A DNA stretch of 64,000 nt from assembly GCF_963921235.1 (NCBI RefSeq), contig NC_086098.1, positions 2,542,001-2,606,000 of the forward strand. Reading direction: 5' to 3'. The stretch is from Mobula hypostoma (taxonomy: Eukaryota). Position numbers and translations under genes: made by a program. The notes below the pieces were generated by a model, which was given only the letters and a program-made list of their open reading frames with translations, was not told where the DNA came from and ran no database searches. Every line of letters begins with the position of its first letter. Position 1 is the stretch's first letter. Shown here piece after piece: positions 26,764 to 39,224 of this stretch.

Positions 26764-28810
26764 GATTAGGATTAAAGGCAAATTGAATAGGAATAAGGAA
26801 CCTTAGTTCTCAAGGGATATTGCAACTCTGATAAAGAAGAAGAGGGAGTTGTATGACATGTATAGGAAACAGGGGGTAAATCAGGTGCTTGAGGAGTATA
26901 AGAAGTGCAAGAAAATACTTAAGAAAGAAATCAGGAGGGCAAAAAGAAGACATGAGGTTGCCTTGGCAGTCAAAGTGAAGGATAATCCAAAGAGCTTTTA
27001 CAAGTATATTAAGAGCAAAAGGATTGTAAGGGATAAAATTGATCCTCTTGAAGATCAGAGTGGTCGGCTTTGTGCGGAACCAAAGGAAATGGGGGAGATC
27101 TTAAATAGGTTTTTTGCGTCTGTATTTACTAAGGAAGCTGGCATGAAATCTATGGAATTGAGGGAATCAAGTAGTGAGACCATGGCAACTGTACAGATTG
27201 AAAAGGAGGAGGTGCTTGCTGTCTTGAGGAAAATTAAAGTGGATAAATCCCCGGGACCTGACAGGGTGTTCCCTCGGACCTTGAAGGAGACTAGTGTTGA
27301 AATTGCGGGGGCCCTGGCAGAAATATTTAAAATGTTGCTGTCTACGGGTGAAGTGGATTGGAGAGTGGCTCATGTTGTTCCGTTGTTTAAAAAAGGATCG
27401 AAAAGTAATCCGGGAAATTATAGGCCGGTGAGTTTAACACCAGTAGTAGGTAAGTTATTGGAGGGAGTACTAAGAGACAGAATCTACAAGCATTTGGATA
27501 GACAGGGGCTTATTAGGGAGAGTCAACATAGCTTTGTGCGTGGTAGGTCATGTTTGACCAATCTGTTGGAGTTTTTCGAGGAGGTTACCAGGAAAGTGGA
27601 TGAAGGGAAGGCAGTGGATATTGTCTACATGGACTTCAGTAAGGCCTTTGACAAGGTCCCGCATGGGAGGTTAGTTAGGAAAATTCAGTCGCTAGGTATA
27701 CATGGAGAGGTGGTAAATTGGATTGGACATTGGCTCGATGAAAGAAGCCAGAGAGTGGTGGTAGAAAATTGCTTCTCTGAGTGGAGGCCTGTGACTAGTG
27801 GTGTGCCACAGGGATCAGTGCTGGGTCCATTGTTATTTGCCATCTATATCAATGATCTGGATGATAATGTGGTAAATTGGATCAGCAAGTTTGCTGATGA
27901 TACAAAGATTGGAGGTGTAGTAGACAGTGAGGAAGGTTTTCAAAGCCTGCAGAGGGACTTGGACCAGCTGGAAAAATGGGCTGAAAAATGGCAGATGGAA
28001 TTTAATACTGACAAGTGTGAGGTATTGCACGTTGGAAGGACAAACCAATGTAGAACATACAGGGTTAATGGTAAGGCACTGAGGAGTGCAGTGGAACAGA
28101 GGGATCTGGGAATACAGATACAAAATTCCCTAAAAGTGTCGTCACAGGTAGATAAGGTCGTAAAGAGAGCTTTTGGTACATTGGCCTTTATTAATCAAAG
28201 TATTGAGTATAAGAGCTGGAATGTTATGATGAGGTTGTATAAGGCATTGGTGAGGCCGAATCTGGAGTATTGTGTTCAGTTTTGGTCACCAAATTACAGG
28301 AAGGATATAATTAGGTTGAAAGAGTGCAGAGAAGGTTTACAAGGATGTTGCCGGGACTTGAGAAACTCAGTTACAGAGAAAGGTTGAATAGGTTAGGACT
28401 TTATTCCCTGGAGCGTAGAAGAATGAGGGGAGATTTGATAGAGGTATATAAAATTATGATGGGTATAGATAGAGTGAATACAAGCAGGCTTTTTCCACTG
28501 AGGCAAGGGGAGAAAAAAACCAGAGGACATGGGTTAAGGGTGAGGGGGGAAAAGTTTAAAGGGAACATTAGGGGGGGCTTCTTCACACAGAGAGTGGTGA
28601 GAGTATGGAATGAGCTGTCAGATGAGGTGGTAAATGCGGGTTCTTTTTTAACATTTAAGAATAAATTGGACAGATACATGGATGGGAGGTGTATGGAGGG
28701 ATATGGTCCGTGTGCAGGTCAGTGGGACTAGGCAGAAAATGGTTCGGCACAGCCAAGAAGGGCCAAAGGGCCTGTTTCTGTGCTGTAGTTTCTATGGTTC
28801 TATGGTTCTA
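26764..28810 (+). mobile_element. Best-preserved CR1 in the window, 5'-truncated, 512-aa RT ORF plus a frameshifted C-terminus
   Basis: ORF 26849..28387 has NYRPVSLT, DFSKAFDKV, GVPQGSVLGP and FADD, and continues in 28324..28731. Tail (ttctatgg)n. tggacag flanks both ends (26757-26763, 28811-28817). Confidence 0.97.
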
Positions 28811-29940
28811 TGGACAGTTTGAACTCAGTATGTAGACCCTTGTAATTGCAATGAGGTAACACATCTGCCCTTTCTCACCTTCTAAAACATAAAGTGTGAG
28901 TCCCAATGTTTGCTATGCTAACCATATGGAATGGCTGTTTATTTAATTGAGAATGTGTTAAGAATGGTCTATTAACCTGCACTGGGCTTTGCGCTATGTG
29001 TCCATCGGTCATTAGTGGGTGATTAATGGTGAAGATTGCTCAAGGTCATCAGATCACAGGGAGCACTGCAGCAGGGAAAGGAACAGTGGTTCACATTAAA
29101 CTGTATTTCAATCATGTTAAATGATCAGCCACCTTTTTCTTAAATACATGGAACAAATTTAATCCGGAAAGGAAAACTAGTTTCAACAGATTTCCTCGAT
29201 GGATGCTTCATCTACAACTTGGACTTATTTAGTTATTTTTAAATGTTATTTTGAAACACAGCACAGCACAGAACAGGCCCTTCTGGCTCATCAAGCTATG
29301 CTACCCAGCAAATACTTACTTAACCCCAGGCTAATCACAGGAACACCTGCTGGAAACCCAAACATTTACGGGAAGTATGTACAAGCCTTTTACAAAAGAC
29401 TCTAGACATGAACTCTGACATACAAAGCCCAAAACTGTAATAGTGACATGTCAACCACTACACCACCATGTTGCCCAGCGACGGTCAACCTCGATTCCAT
29501 TTTATGCCCCTTGGGCCAATCCCTTCCAACCAACATCTGTGACACTTCATTCATTTCTGGCTTCTTCCACTTCCTTTCCAGTCTTGATGAAGGTCTCACC
29601 CCAAAATGCCAACTGTTTATCCATTTCCATGGATGCTGCCTGGCCTGCTGTGTTCCTCCAGCATTTTCAGGACCAGCCAGGATAGTTTTTCGCAGTGAAC
29701 AGCAGGGCACTGAGGAGTGTGGTGGAACAAAGGGATCTGGGAATACAGGTCCATAATTCATTGAAAGTGGTGTCATGTGAAGATAGGGTGGTAAAAGCAC
29801 ATTGGTACATTGGCCTTGAGTTTTGAGTACAGGAGATGGGATGTTACGTTGAAGTTATGATGAGGCCGAATTTGGAATATCCTGTGCAGTTTCATTCACC
29901 TGCCTACAGGAAAGATGTAAATAAGGTTGAAGATGTAGAA

Positions 29941-30194
29941 TACACCTTCTGGTGCTACATGGGGCATGTCTTCAGTGATGAACCCCAGGTCATAGGGTGT
30001 TTCGGGTCTTTAATCATCAGACAACCTCGACCGGGCGACCCAGCCGGGAGTGATCAGCCCCCGACTTGTGTCCAAGTGGCGCACTAATCCACGGATCCCC
30101 CCCTCTGGATCCACAGCCACCGCGTTGTCTTTTCAGCAGCCTCCAGAATGTTCTTGGTGGCTGCTCTGCACTGCAGTCCTTTAACTCCAAGGAG
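29941..30194 (-). mobile_element. Probable 3' end of a Hero-type (restriction-like endonuclease) non-LTR retrotransposon
   Basis: Manual translation gives LLGVKGLQCRAATKNILEAAEKTTRWLWIQRG, a frameshift, then DPW, followed by aaagacccgaaacaccctatgacc. This resembles Hero C-termini as I recall them. Confidence 0.6.
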
Positions 30195-30475
30195 TTATGG
30201 GAAAACTACAGAGAAACATTATAAGGATGTTCTCAGGTCTGGAGGACCTGAGTTATAAGGAAAGATTGAATAGCAAGGGACTTTATTCCTCGGAATGTAG
30301 AAGATTGAGAAAATATTTGAGGGAAGTATACAAAATTACAGTATTAGGGAATTTAATGTAATGGAACCCTTAGGAGAAAATGATCATATTATGATTGAAA
30401 TTATTCTGCAAGTTGAGAGGGAGGTAACGTCGAGGTTATGTTACATTACCTGAGAGGGAGAAGCAAAAGCCACAT

Positions 30476-31775
30476 AGGATCATAGAATCATAGAAATCTA
30501 CAATGTATTAAAGGCCCTTCGGTCCACGATGTTGAGCTTACCATATAACCTACTCTAGAAACTGCCTAAAATTACCCAACCGAATAGCCCTCTATTTTTT
30601 GAAACTCCATGTACTTATCTACGAGTCTCTTATCATAGAGTCTCTATGGTATCCGACTCTACCGTTGTTGCTGGCAGTGTATTCCACATACCCACCACCC
30701 TCTGTGTTAAAAAAAAGACTTACCTCTGATATCCCCCTTGTACTTAAGCACATTAAAATTATGCCCTTGTGCTAACCATTTCAGCCCTGGGAAAAAGCCT
30801 CTGACTATCCACAATATCAATGCCTCTCATCATCTTATACACCTCTCATCCTCCGTCGCTTCAAGGAGAAAAGGCCAAGTTCACTCAAGGTGGAGCTTAG
30901 GAGGGTTAATGGTGCCTAATGATGATTCCTTTGCCTGCACCTTCGGAAACAGCTCTATTTCCATCTCTAGTATCTCTATTTTTCCCTTTCAGGGTTCTTT
31001 TGAAGACCTGACCTGGAGTTACATGCTGACTTTGGTTCTTTGCGGGAATGGGTTTTATGGGTTTTATGAATGGCCGTTGTTCGGCACGCCAAGGGCTTGG
31101 CCTAAGATCTCCGCTCGCATTCGGAAGACCGCGTTTTCATGGCTCTGGAGGCCGGGGGATCAGAGGTCAGTGTCCGAGCAGAAGACCAGTGTGTGAAGGG
31201 AGAAGGAAGTTCTGAGGCTGTGTGCCCAGAGACCCAAGATCTTTGGGCACAGAGCTCAGAAAAAGTGACACAACGGACTTTTAACATCGTAAACCAGCGA
31301 GTTGTTTGTTATGTCTCCCCTCTTGCTGTGAAACGGAGACACCTCTTTCCCCCTTATTAGGAAGAGAGAGAGTCTGTGGTATGTTGATTGCCGGGTAAAC
31401 AAGTATTCTTTGGGGTGCTGCAAGTTTGTGTCTTTGCTCTTGCCTTGCTCACGCTTTAGTGCTTGGTGGCAGGTGCCAATGCCTTTTTTGCTGGTGAGGG
31501 GATTGTTGCTTGCTACCGCTTACATGCGGGAGGGAGGGGAGCTGGGGGAGGACTTTGAGGTTCTAACATTTAACCGTCGTTCATTCTTTGGGGCACTCCT
31601 CTGTTTTCATGGATGGTTGCGAAGAAAAAGCATTTCAGGATGTATATTGTATACATTTCTCTGACATTAAATGCACCTTTAAAAACTTTGAACCTTTGAA
31701 ACCTATTCTCATAAGACATGCGCTCCAATCCAGGCAACATCCTTGTAAATCTCCTCTGCACTCCCTCTGTAGTAT
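30476..31775 (-). mobile_element. CR1 3' end, itself interrupted at 30889-31700
   Basis: ccacat flanks both sides (30470-30475, 31776-31781); catagaat-type tail on plus. Confidence 0.85.
30889..31700 (+). mobile_element. About 810-bp non-coding retroposon with a (ctttgaa)n-type tail
   Basis: It splits the CR1 sequence gttcactcaa|cctattctcataag and ends attaaatgcacctttaaaaactttgaacctttgaa. Confidence 0.65.
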
Positions 31776-32782
31776 CCACATGTATCAGTATCACAATGGA
31801 ATGAAGGGAATTACAGGGGCATGAAGGAGGAGCTTGCCCAGGTGGATTGGAGGGGGATACTGGCAGGGATGAGAGCAGAGCAGAGATGGCTGAAGTTTCA
31901 GAGACTAGTTCACAAGGTGCAGGGTAGATATGTCCAACAGAAGAAGTTGTTCTCACTTTGCAGGAGTAAGCAACCATGGCTGACAAGGTAAGGACTGCAT
32001 AAAAGCCGAGGAAAGGACAAAAGTGAGTGGGAAGTTGGATGATTGGGAAGCTTTTAAAATCCAGCAAAAGACAACTGAAAAAAATATAAGAATGGAAAAG
32101 ATGAAATGGAAAAACATAGAAACATAGAAAAACTACAGCACAAAACTACAACACAATGTTGTGCCAAGCATGTACTTATTGTAGAAACTACCTAGGGTTA
32201 CCCATAGCCCTCTATTCTTCTAAGTTCCATGTATCTATCTAGGAGTCTCTTAAAATACCCTATCGTATCGCCCTCCACCACAGTTGCTGGCAGCCCATTC
32301 CACGCACTCACCACTCTTTGTGTAAAAAACATACCCCTGACATCTCCTCTGTACCCACTTTCAAGCATCTTAAGATTACCCAAGTCACAAAAAGGTCTGT
32401 TAAGTAAAATAAACTGGAGAGAGACAGGAATATTTAGGAATCGAATTTAGGGCAAAGAGCCAGGACTAATTCCAAACACCTTAAAACTGTGCCCTCTCAT
32501 GTTAGTCATTTCACCCTGAGAAAAAGCCTCTGACTATCAATGCCTCTCATCATTTTATACACCTCTATCAGGTCATCTCTCATTCTCCATCGCTCCAAGG
32601 AGAAAAGGCCAAATTCACTCAACCTTTTCTCATAGGACATACTCCCCAATCCAGGCAACAAACTTGTAAATCTCCTCTGCATCCTTTCTATAGCTTCCAC
32701 ATCCTTCCTGTGGTGAGGTGACCAGAACTGAGCACATTACTCCAAGTGTGATCTCACCAGGATCTTATATAGCTGCAACATT

Positions 32783-34174
32783 TGCTGATGACACTAATCT
32801 GAGTGGAAAAGTAAACTGTACAGAGGATGTGGAGAGTCTGCAGAGGAATATAGATAGGATAAGTGAGTGTGCCAAGGTCTGGCAGATGGAATACAATGTT
32901 GGTAAATGTGGGATCATCCACTTTGGAAGGAATAATAGAAGGGCAGATTATTATTTAAATGGTGAAAGATTGCAGCATGCTGTTGTGCAGAGGGACTTGG
33001 GAGTGCATGTGTATAAATCGCAAAAAGTTGGCTTGCAGGTACAACAGGTTATTAAGAAGGCAAACGGAATGTTGGCCTTCATTGCTAGAGGGATTGAATT
33101 CAAGAGCAGGGAGGTCATGCTGCAACTGTACAGGGTACTGGTGAGGCTGCACCTGGAGTACTGTGTGCAGTTCTGGTCTCCATACCTGAGGAAGGATATA
33201 CTGGCTTTGGAGGCAGTGCAGAGGAAGTTCACCAGGTTGATTCCAGAGATGAAGGGGTTAACCTATGAGGAGAGATTGAGTTGCCTGGGACTATACTCAC
33301 TGGAATTCAGAAGAATGTGGAGGAGATCTTATAGAAACATACAAAATTTTGAAAGGGATAGATAAGATAGAAGTGGGAAAGTTGTTTCCATTGGTAGGTG
33401 AGACTAGAACTAGGGGACATTGCCTCAAGATTCAGGGGAGAAGATTTAGGATGGAGATGAGGAGAAACTGTTTTTCCCAGAGAGTGGTGAATCTGTGGAA
33501 TTCTCTGCCCAGGGTAGCAGCTGAGGCTTCCTCACTAAATATATTTGAGAAACAGTTAGATAGGTTTTTACATAGTAAGGGAATTAAGGGTTATGGGGAA
33601 AAGGCAGGTAGATGGAGCTGAGTTTACAGACAGATCAGCCATGATCTTATTGAATGGCGGGGCAGGCTCGATGGGCCGGATGGCCTACTCCTGTTCCTAT
33701 TTCTTATGTCATAGTCATAGTCATACTTTATTGATCCCGGGGGAAATTGGTTTTCGTTACAGTTGCACCATAAATAATAAATAGTAATAGAACCATAAAT
33801 AGTTAAATAGTAATATGTAAATTATGCCAGTAAGTTATGAAGTAGGTCCAGGACCAGCCTATTGGCTCAGGGTGTCTGACCCTCCAAGGGAGGAGTTGTA
33901 AAGTTTGATGGCCACAGGCAGGAATGACTTCCTAAGATGCTCTGTGCTGCATCTCGGTGGAATGAGTTTCTGGCTGAATGTACTCCTGTGCCCAACCAGT
34001 ACATTATGTAGTGGATGGGAGACATTGTCCAAGATGGCATGCAACTTGGACAGCATCCTCTTTTCAGACACCACCGTCAGAGAGTCCAGTTCCATCCCCA
34101 CAACATCACTGGCCTTACAGATGAGTTTGTTGATTCTATTGGTGTCTGCTACCCTCTTATGTTCTTATGTTCTT
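32783..34174 (+). mobile_element. CR1 3' part, (ttcttatg)n tail, TSD aacatt
   Basis: ORFs 32718..33365 (FADDT..) and 33349..33621; aacatt at 32777-32782 and 34175-34180. Confidence 0.93.
33710..34156 (-). mobile_element. Rex/Babar-like LINE 3' end inserted in the CR1 tail microsatellite
   Basis: ORF 33859..34101 has ILDNVSHPLH..RKSFLPVAIKLYN; (catagt)n tail on plus; ttatgt repeats on both sides. Confidence 0.8.
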
Positions 34175-35939
34175 AACATTACCTCTTGGTTCCTAACTCA
34201 ATCCCATGATTGATGAAGGCCAATGCACCGTATGCCTTCTTAACTACAGAATCAACCTGCGCAGCAGCTTTGAGTGTCCTATGGACACAGACCCCAAGAT
34301 ACCTCTGATCGTCCACACTGCCAAGAGTCTTACCATTAATACTATATTCTGCCATCATATTTGACCTTAAAATATGAGGGCAAACTATCCAGTAATTTAA
34401 ATAATTTAGGATACTAAAAGCTTTTCAGTCATATAAAGAGTACAAGGGAGCTGAGAGTTGACATTGGACCATTGGAAAATGATGCTGGTGAGGTAGTAAT
34501 GGGGACAAAGAAATGGCAGATGAACTTAATGAGTACTTTGCATCAGCCTTCACAGTAGATGCCACTAGCAATGGCCTAGAGGTCCCTGAGTGTCAGGGTG
34601 CAGGAGTGAATGCTAGGCAAATTGAAAGGTCTTAAGGTGGATAACTCACGTGGACCAAATGGACTGCATCTCAGAGTGCTGAGAAAGGTTGCTGAAGAGA
34701 TAACGGATGAATTGGTCATGAACTTTCAAGAATCTCTTGATCCTAGATGGTCCCAGAGAACTTGAAAATTGTAACTATCACTCCACTCTTTAAGAAGGGA
34801 AGAAAGCAAATGAAAGGAAATTATAGGCCAGATAGTCTAACCTTAGTGGTTGGGGAAGTGTTGTATTCTATTATTAAGGATGAAGTTTCAGGGTACTTGA
34901 AGATTAATGATAAAAGGTCAAGTCAGCATGGTTTTTGTGAGGGGATTTTTTTGCCTGACATGTCTGTTAAAAGTTCTTTGAGGAGGGTGGACAAAGGAGA
35001 GGCCATGGATGTCATTTACTTGGATTTTCAGAAGGCATTTGATGACTTTCTGGATGATACAAAGATAGGTGGAGGAGCAGGCTGTTTTGAGGAAGGAATG
35101 TGATTGCAGCGGGACTTAGACAAATTGGAAGAAGGGGCAAAAAAGTGGCAGATGGAATAAAGTGTTGGAAAATATATGATAATGCATTTTGGTAAAAGGA
35201 ACAACAGTGCAGACTATTAACTAAATGAGCAGAAGTTTCAAACATCAGAGGTGCATTGGGACAAGAGTCCTCGTGCAAGACTCCCAGAAGGTAATTTACA
35301 GGTTGAGTCTATGGTAAAAAAGACAAATGCAATGTTGGCATTTCAAGGGAAATAGAATATAACAGCAAGGAGATAATGCTGAGGCTTTATAAGACTCTAG
35401 TCAGGCTGCACGTGGAGTATTGCCAAAGTTTTGGGCCCCGTATCTCAGAAGGGATGCGTTGTCATTGAAGAGAATCAAGAGAAGGTTCACGAGGATTATT
35501 CCAGGAGTGAAAGGGTTAACGTAATACAATAGGAGTATTTGGCAGCTTTGGGATTGTACTCACTGGAATTTAGAAAAATTGGAAGGGGGGGGAATCTCAT
35601 TGAAACCCACCGAATGTTGAAAGGACTTACGGTGGTTGCGAAGAGGGTGTATCTTGTGGTGGAGGTATCCAGAACTAGAGGGCACAGCCTCAAAATGGAG
35701 GGGCGACCTTTTAGAGCAGAGGTAAGGAGGATTTTGTTTTCTCCAGGGAGTAGCAAATCTGTGGAATGCTATGGTGGAGGTCAAGTCAGTGGGTATATTT
35801 AAAGCGGAAGTTGATAATTTCCTGATTGGTCAGGGCATCAAAGGATACGAAGGAAGGTATATGGGGCTCAGTGGGATCTGGGTTCAGCCATGATGGATTG
35901 AATTGTCTAATTCTGCTCCTATGCCATAGGGTCTTAAGG

Positions 35940-36305
35940 TGGCTGGTGATAGGTGAAACAGAGAGGGGGAGTGGGTGTAGTAAAGGGGTGGGAAGTTGAA
36001 TGGTGAAAGAGATAATGGACTGGTGGAGGGGTAAACAAGGGGACAACAGAAAAGCATGGAAGAAGGGGAAGGGGAGGAGCACCAGAGGGAGGTGATGGGC
36101 AGGTAAGGAGATGGGATGAGAGAGGGAAACGGTCATGGGGGAATGGTGAAGGGAAGTGGGGGGGGGGGCATTTACCAAAAGTTTGAGAAATCGATGTTCA
36201 TGTCCTCAGGTTGGAGGCTACCCAGACGGAATATAAGGTGTTGCTCCTCCAACCTGAGTGTGACTCATCAGAGAAGTAGACGAGGCCGTGGGCTGACATG
36301 TCAGA
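35940..36305 (-). mobile_element. Penelope-like fragment
   Basis: Matches 53930-54070 (tcaggttggaggctacccagacggaatataaggtgttg). Confidence 0.8.
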
Positions 36306-36679
36306 ATGCATTTTACATCACTCTAGTATTGCAGTTACAAAGAGAACTAGAAAAAGAAACGAGAACTCTTCAAAATAATGGACAAATTGTGCTAATGTAG
36401 TCAATGAAGCGCTAAACTTCGAAAGAGCTTTATCTGAACAGCCACATTAATTGAAAAACAAACATATTAAAATTATTTCTTGTGGAACTATCTGACAGAT
36501 CTGTCAACAGTATTTTTGAATTTCCAGACTTAACCTTCATTAAATATTTATCTTCTTTTCTATTTTATAAACAAGTGAATAAAAGTGTTTTTTTTCCTGG
36601 AAAACACTATTAAAACAATGAAGTACACTAGCATAAACTAGAAATGTAAAGTACTCTGAACCATAGCGTTGCCTCGGAG

Positions 36680-37555
36680 AACAAGAGATTCTGCAGATGC
36701 TGGAAATCCTGAGCTACACACACAACGTGCTGGAGGAACTCAGCAGGTCGGGCAGCATCTATGGAGAGGATAAACAGTTGACATTTCAGGTGAAGCCTCT
36801 TCACTAGGACTGAAAAGAAATGGGGAATGAAACTGGAATAAGAAGGTGGGAGGAGGGGAAGGAGAACCAGCCGGTAATTGATAGGTGAGATCAGGTGAGG
36901 GGAAGGTGGGTGGATGGGATAATGAGAGGGAAGCTGGGAGGTATAGATGGAAGAGGTAAATGGCAAAAGGAATCTGATAGGAGAGAACAGTGGAGTATCA
37001 AAGAAAGGGATCAGGAGGGAAACCAGAGGGAGGTGACAGGCAAACGAGGAGAAAAGCTGGGTTGAGAAAGTAACCGGGTGAGGTATGGTATAAAGAGGGA
37101 AAAGGGATGGTGGAGAAATCACCACAAGTTAAAGAAATCAGTGTTCATGCCATCATGTTGAAAGATTAATCGGTGAGATATAAAAAACAAGAGAAAATCT
37201 GCAGGTGCTGGAAATCCGAGCAACACACACAAAATGCTGGAGGCACTCAGCAGGCCAGGCAGCGTCTTTGGAAAAGAGTATTGTCGACGTTACGAGTCCT
37301 GCCGGAGGGTCTCTGCCCAAAACATTGACTGCTCTTTTCCATTGATGCTGCTTGGCCTGCTGAGTTCCTCCAGCATTTTGTGTGTTCGACCAGATGTAAG
37401 GTGTTGCTCTTGTAACCCAAATATATTTTGACTCCGTCCACCACAAAAGACAGGAATTCCTGGTAGCCACCCATTTCAGTTTGGCTCCCCTTCCCATTGG
37501 TACCCCCATGGGCTCCTCTACTGCTATGATGAGGTTTTAGTGTGTGTTGCTTAGC
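36680..37555 (-). mobile_element. Penelope-like 3' fragment containing an inverted terminal-repeat hairpin (about 37225-37385)
   Basis: Terminal repeat, purine tract and GIY-YIG remnant; arms acacaaaatgctggagg..cagcaggcc and ggcctgctgagttcctccagcattttgtgt. Confidence 0.8.
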
Positions 37556-37599
37556 ATATCAACTCTCCAGCCCAAGGAACTACCAAATCATTCAAAATG

Positions 37600-37601
<2 letters not shown>

Positions 37602-37631
<30 letters not shown>
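37602..37631. repeat. (AC)15 microsatellite
   Basis: Perfect dinucleotide run. Confidence 0.95.
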
Positions 37632-37633
<2 letters not shown>

Positions 37634-39224
37634 AGGATAGTTAAGGGAGGGTGCAGGAGATTCACCAGGATGTAGATAGAGCAAACAGCAAAGGAGTGAG
37701 CAAATTTTCCTTTACAGATTTTCATCATCATATTATTATTTGAATCCAGTCCCAATGAAGAGTCCCAACCTGAAACATTGACTCTTTATTCCTCTCCATA
37801 GATGCTGCCTGACCTGCTGAGTTCCTCCAGAATTTTGTAAGTATTGCTCTGGATTTCCAGCATCTGCAGAATCTATTTTGTTTAAAATTCTGAAAATGAT
37901 TCAGGTCACACAGATACAGAACAATAATGAAACATTTATGAGAGATTCTGAGAATGAACCAGAGCAAGCAGATTTATGTGAGCACTTCATTCCTCATCCT
38001 TCTTCACATCTGCACTAATTTTTCCCTTGTGATTCTAACCATATTTGCTGCTAATTGTCCCCAAAGTATGCATTTTTATACAGCATTCTTGTATGGCACA
38101 TCACTTCAGCATCCCACCCTCCCAAAACGGAGAGCTAATACATCTCCTACGCACGAGGATCAGGTTCCAAAGTACATCTGCATTCATTATCAAGTCAGGA
38201 GCAGTAAGTATGTTGGCTGCAGGTTTAGTTTGGGAATTGAGTGTTAGATCAATAGCCAGTCAGTACAATAAGACAGTAAGTTATTATATAATCTGTACCA
38301 TAAGCACAAGCGAAGCCCTCCCCACCATTGAGCACCTCTACAGGGAGTGCTGCTACAAGGAAGCAGCACCTGTCATCAGGGACCCCCACCATTCAGGCCA
38401 TGGTGTCTTCTCGTTGCTGCCACCAGGAAGGAGGTACAGGAATCTTAGGTTCCACACCACCGGGTTCAGGAACAGTTATTGCCCTAAAACCATCAGCCTC
38501 CTGAACTAGCATGGATGACTTCACTCACCACAACACTGAACTGATTCCATAACCTACAGATACAATTTCATATTCCGGGAATTATCGTCCATCGAGTCTG
38601 CTCCCCCATTTCATCGTGGCTCCCCCATTTCCCTCTCAGCCTTCTCCCCGTATCCCTTCAGGCCCCGACGAATCAAGAATCTAACAACCTCTGCTTTAAA
38701 TATACCCAAATCCTGTAATACCACGGGCTCTAACTTATTGAGCAGCCTAATGCATGACACCATGTTAAAGGCCTTCTGAAGATCCAAGTTCACAACTTGT
38801 TAATTTGTAGAAATAGGTTAATTGATAGAACCCTTAATACTTTGAATTCCAAGTTAAGGTGTTATCCCTAGCAGGAATTACCACTGACAAAATGCCTCCT
38901 GGAGATTTACTTGGGTGTATATGTGTGTGTGGTAGGAACAGGGCTTGCTTCTGCTGTTATTGTTTTGTTGCTGTTGTGTCCTGTGTTGTTCTGCTGAGCA
39001 TTGTGGGGATTCTATGTTGGTGCTGGGATGTGTGGAGATACTAGTGGGCTACCCTCAGCACATCTTTGGGTGTTGGGTATTAATGCAAACAATGCATTGC
39101 ACAGGTGACAAATAATCTTGAACCTTGATCCATCCTCCCTCCCCACCCCCCACCCCCAGATACAGCACCTTCCTTGTGTCTCTTCAAAACCCTCTAATAT
39201 ACATCCAAGCTCTTTCTCACCTCA

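Larger units (their letters stand above)
32112..34367 (-). mobile_element. CR1 of the (ttctatgt)n subfamily, interrupted by a plus-strand CR1
   Basis: ORFs 32198..32383 and 32506..32700; the element resumes at 34175. Confidence 0.88.
30340..35940 (+). mobile_element. Old CR1 ORF2 broken into three pieces (about 30340-30475, 31782-32110, 34368-35940) by younger insertions
   Basis: The pieces are colinear with the CR1 at 14260-16685; ORF 34747..35103 has YLDFQKAFD. Confidence 0.85.

Noticed and set aside
26849..28387. 512-aa RT ORF as a retron, group II intron or domesticated gene
   Set aside because: It is ordinary CR1 ORF2 with 5' truncation, a microsatellite tail and many paralogous copies in the window.
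29995..30025. CTGATGA...GAAA in the Hero-like 3' end as a hammerhead
   Set aside because: The spacer ttaaagaccc cannot form stem II, and I see no stem I with a cleavage triplet.
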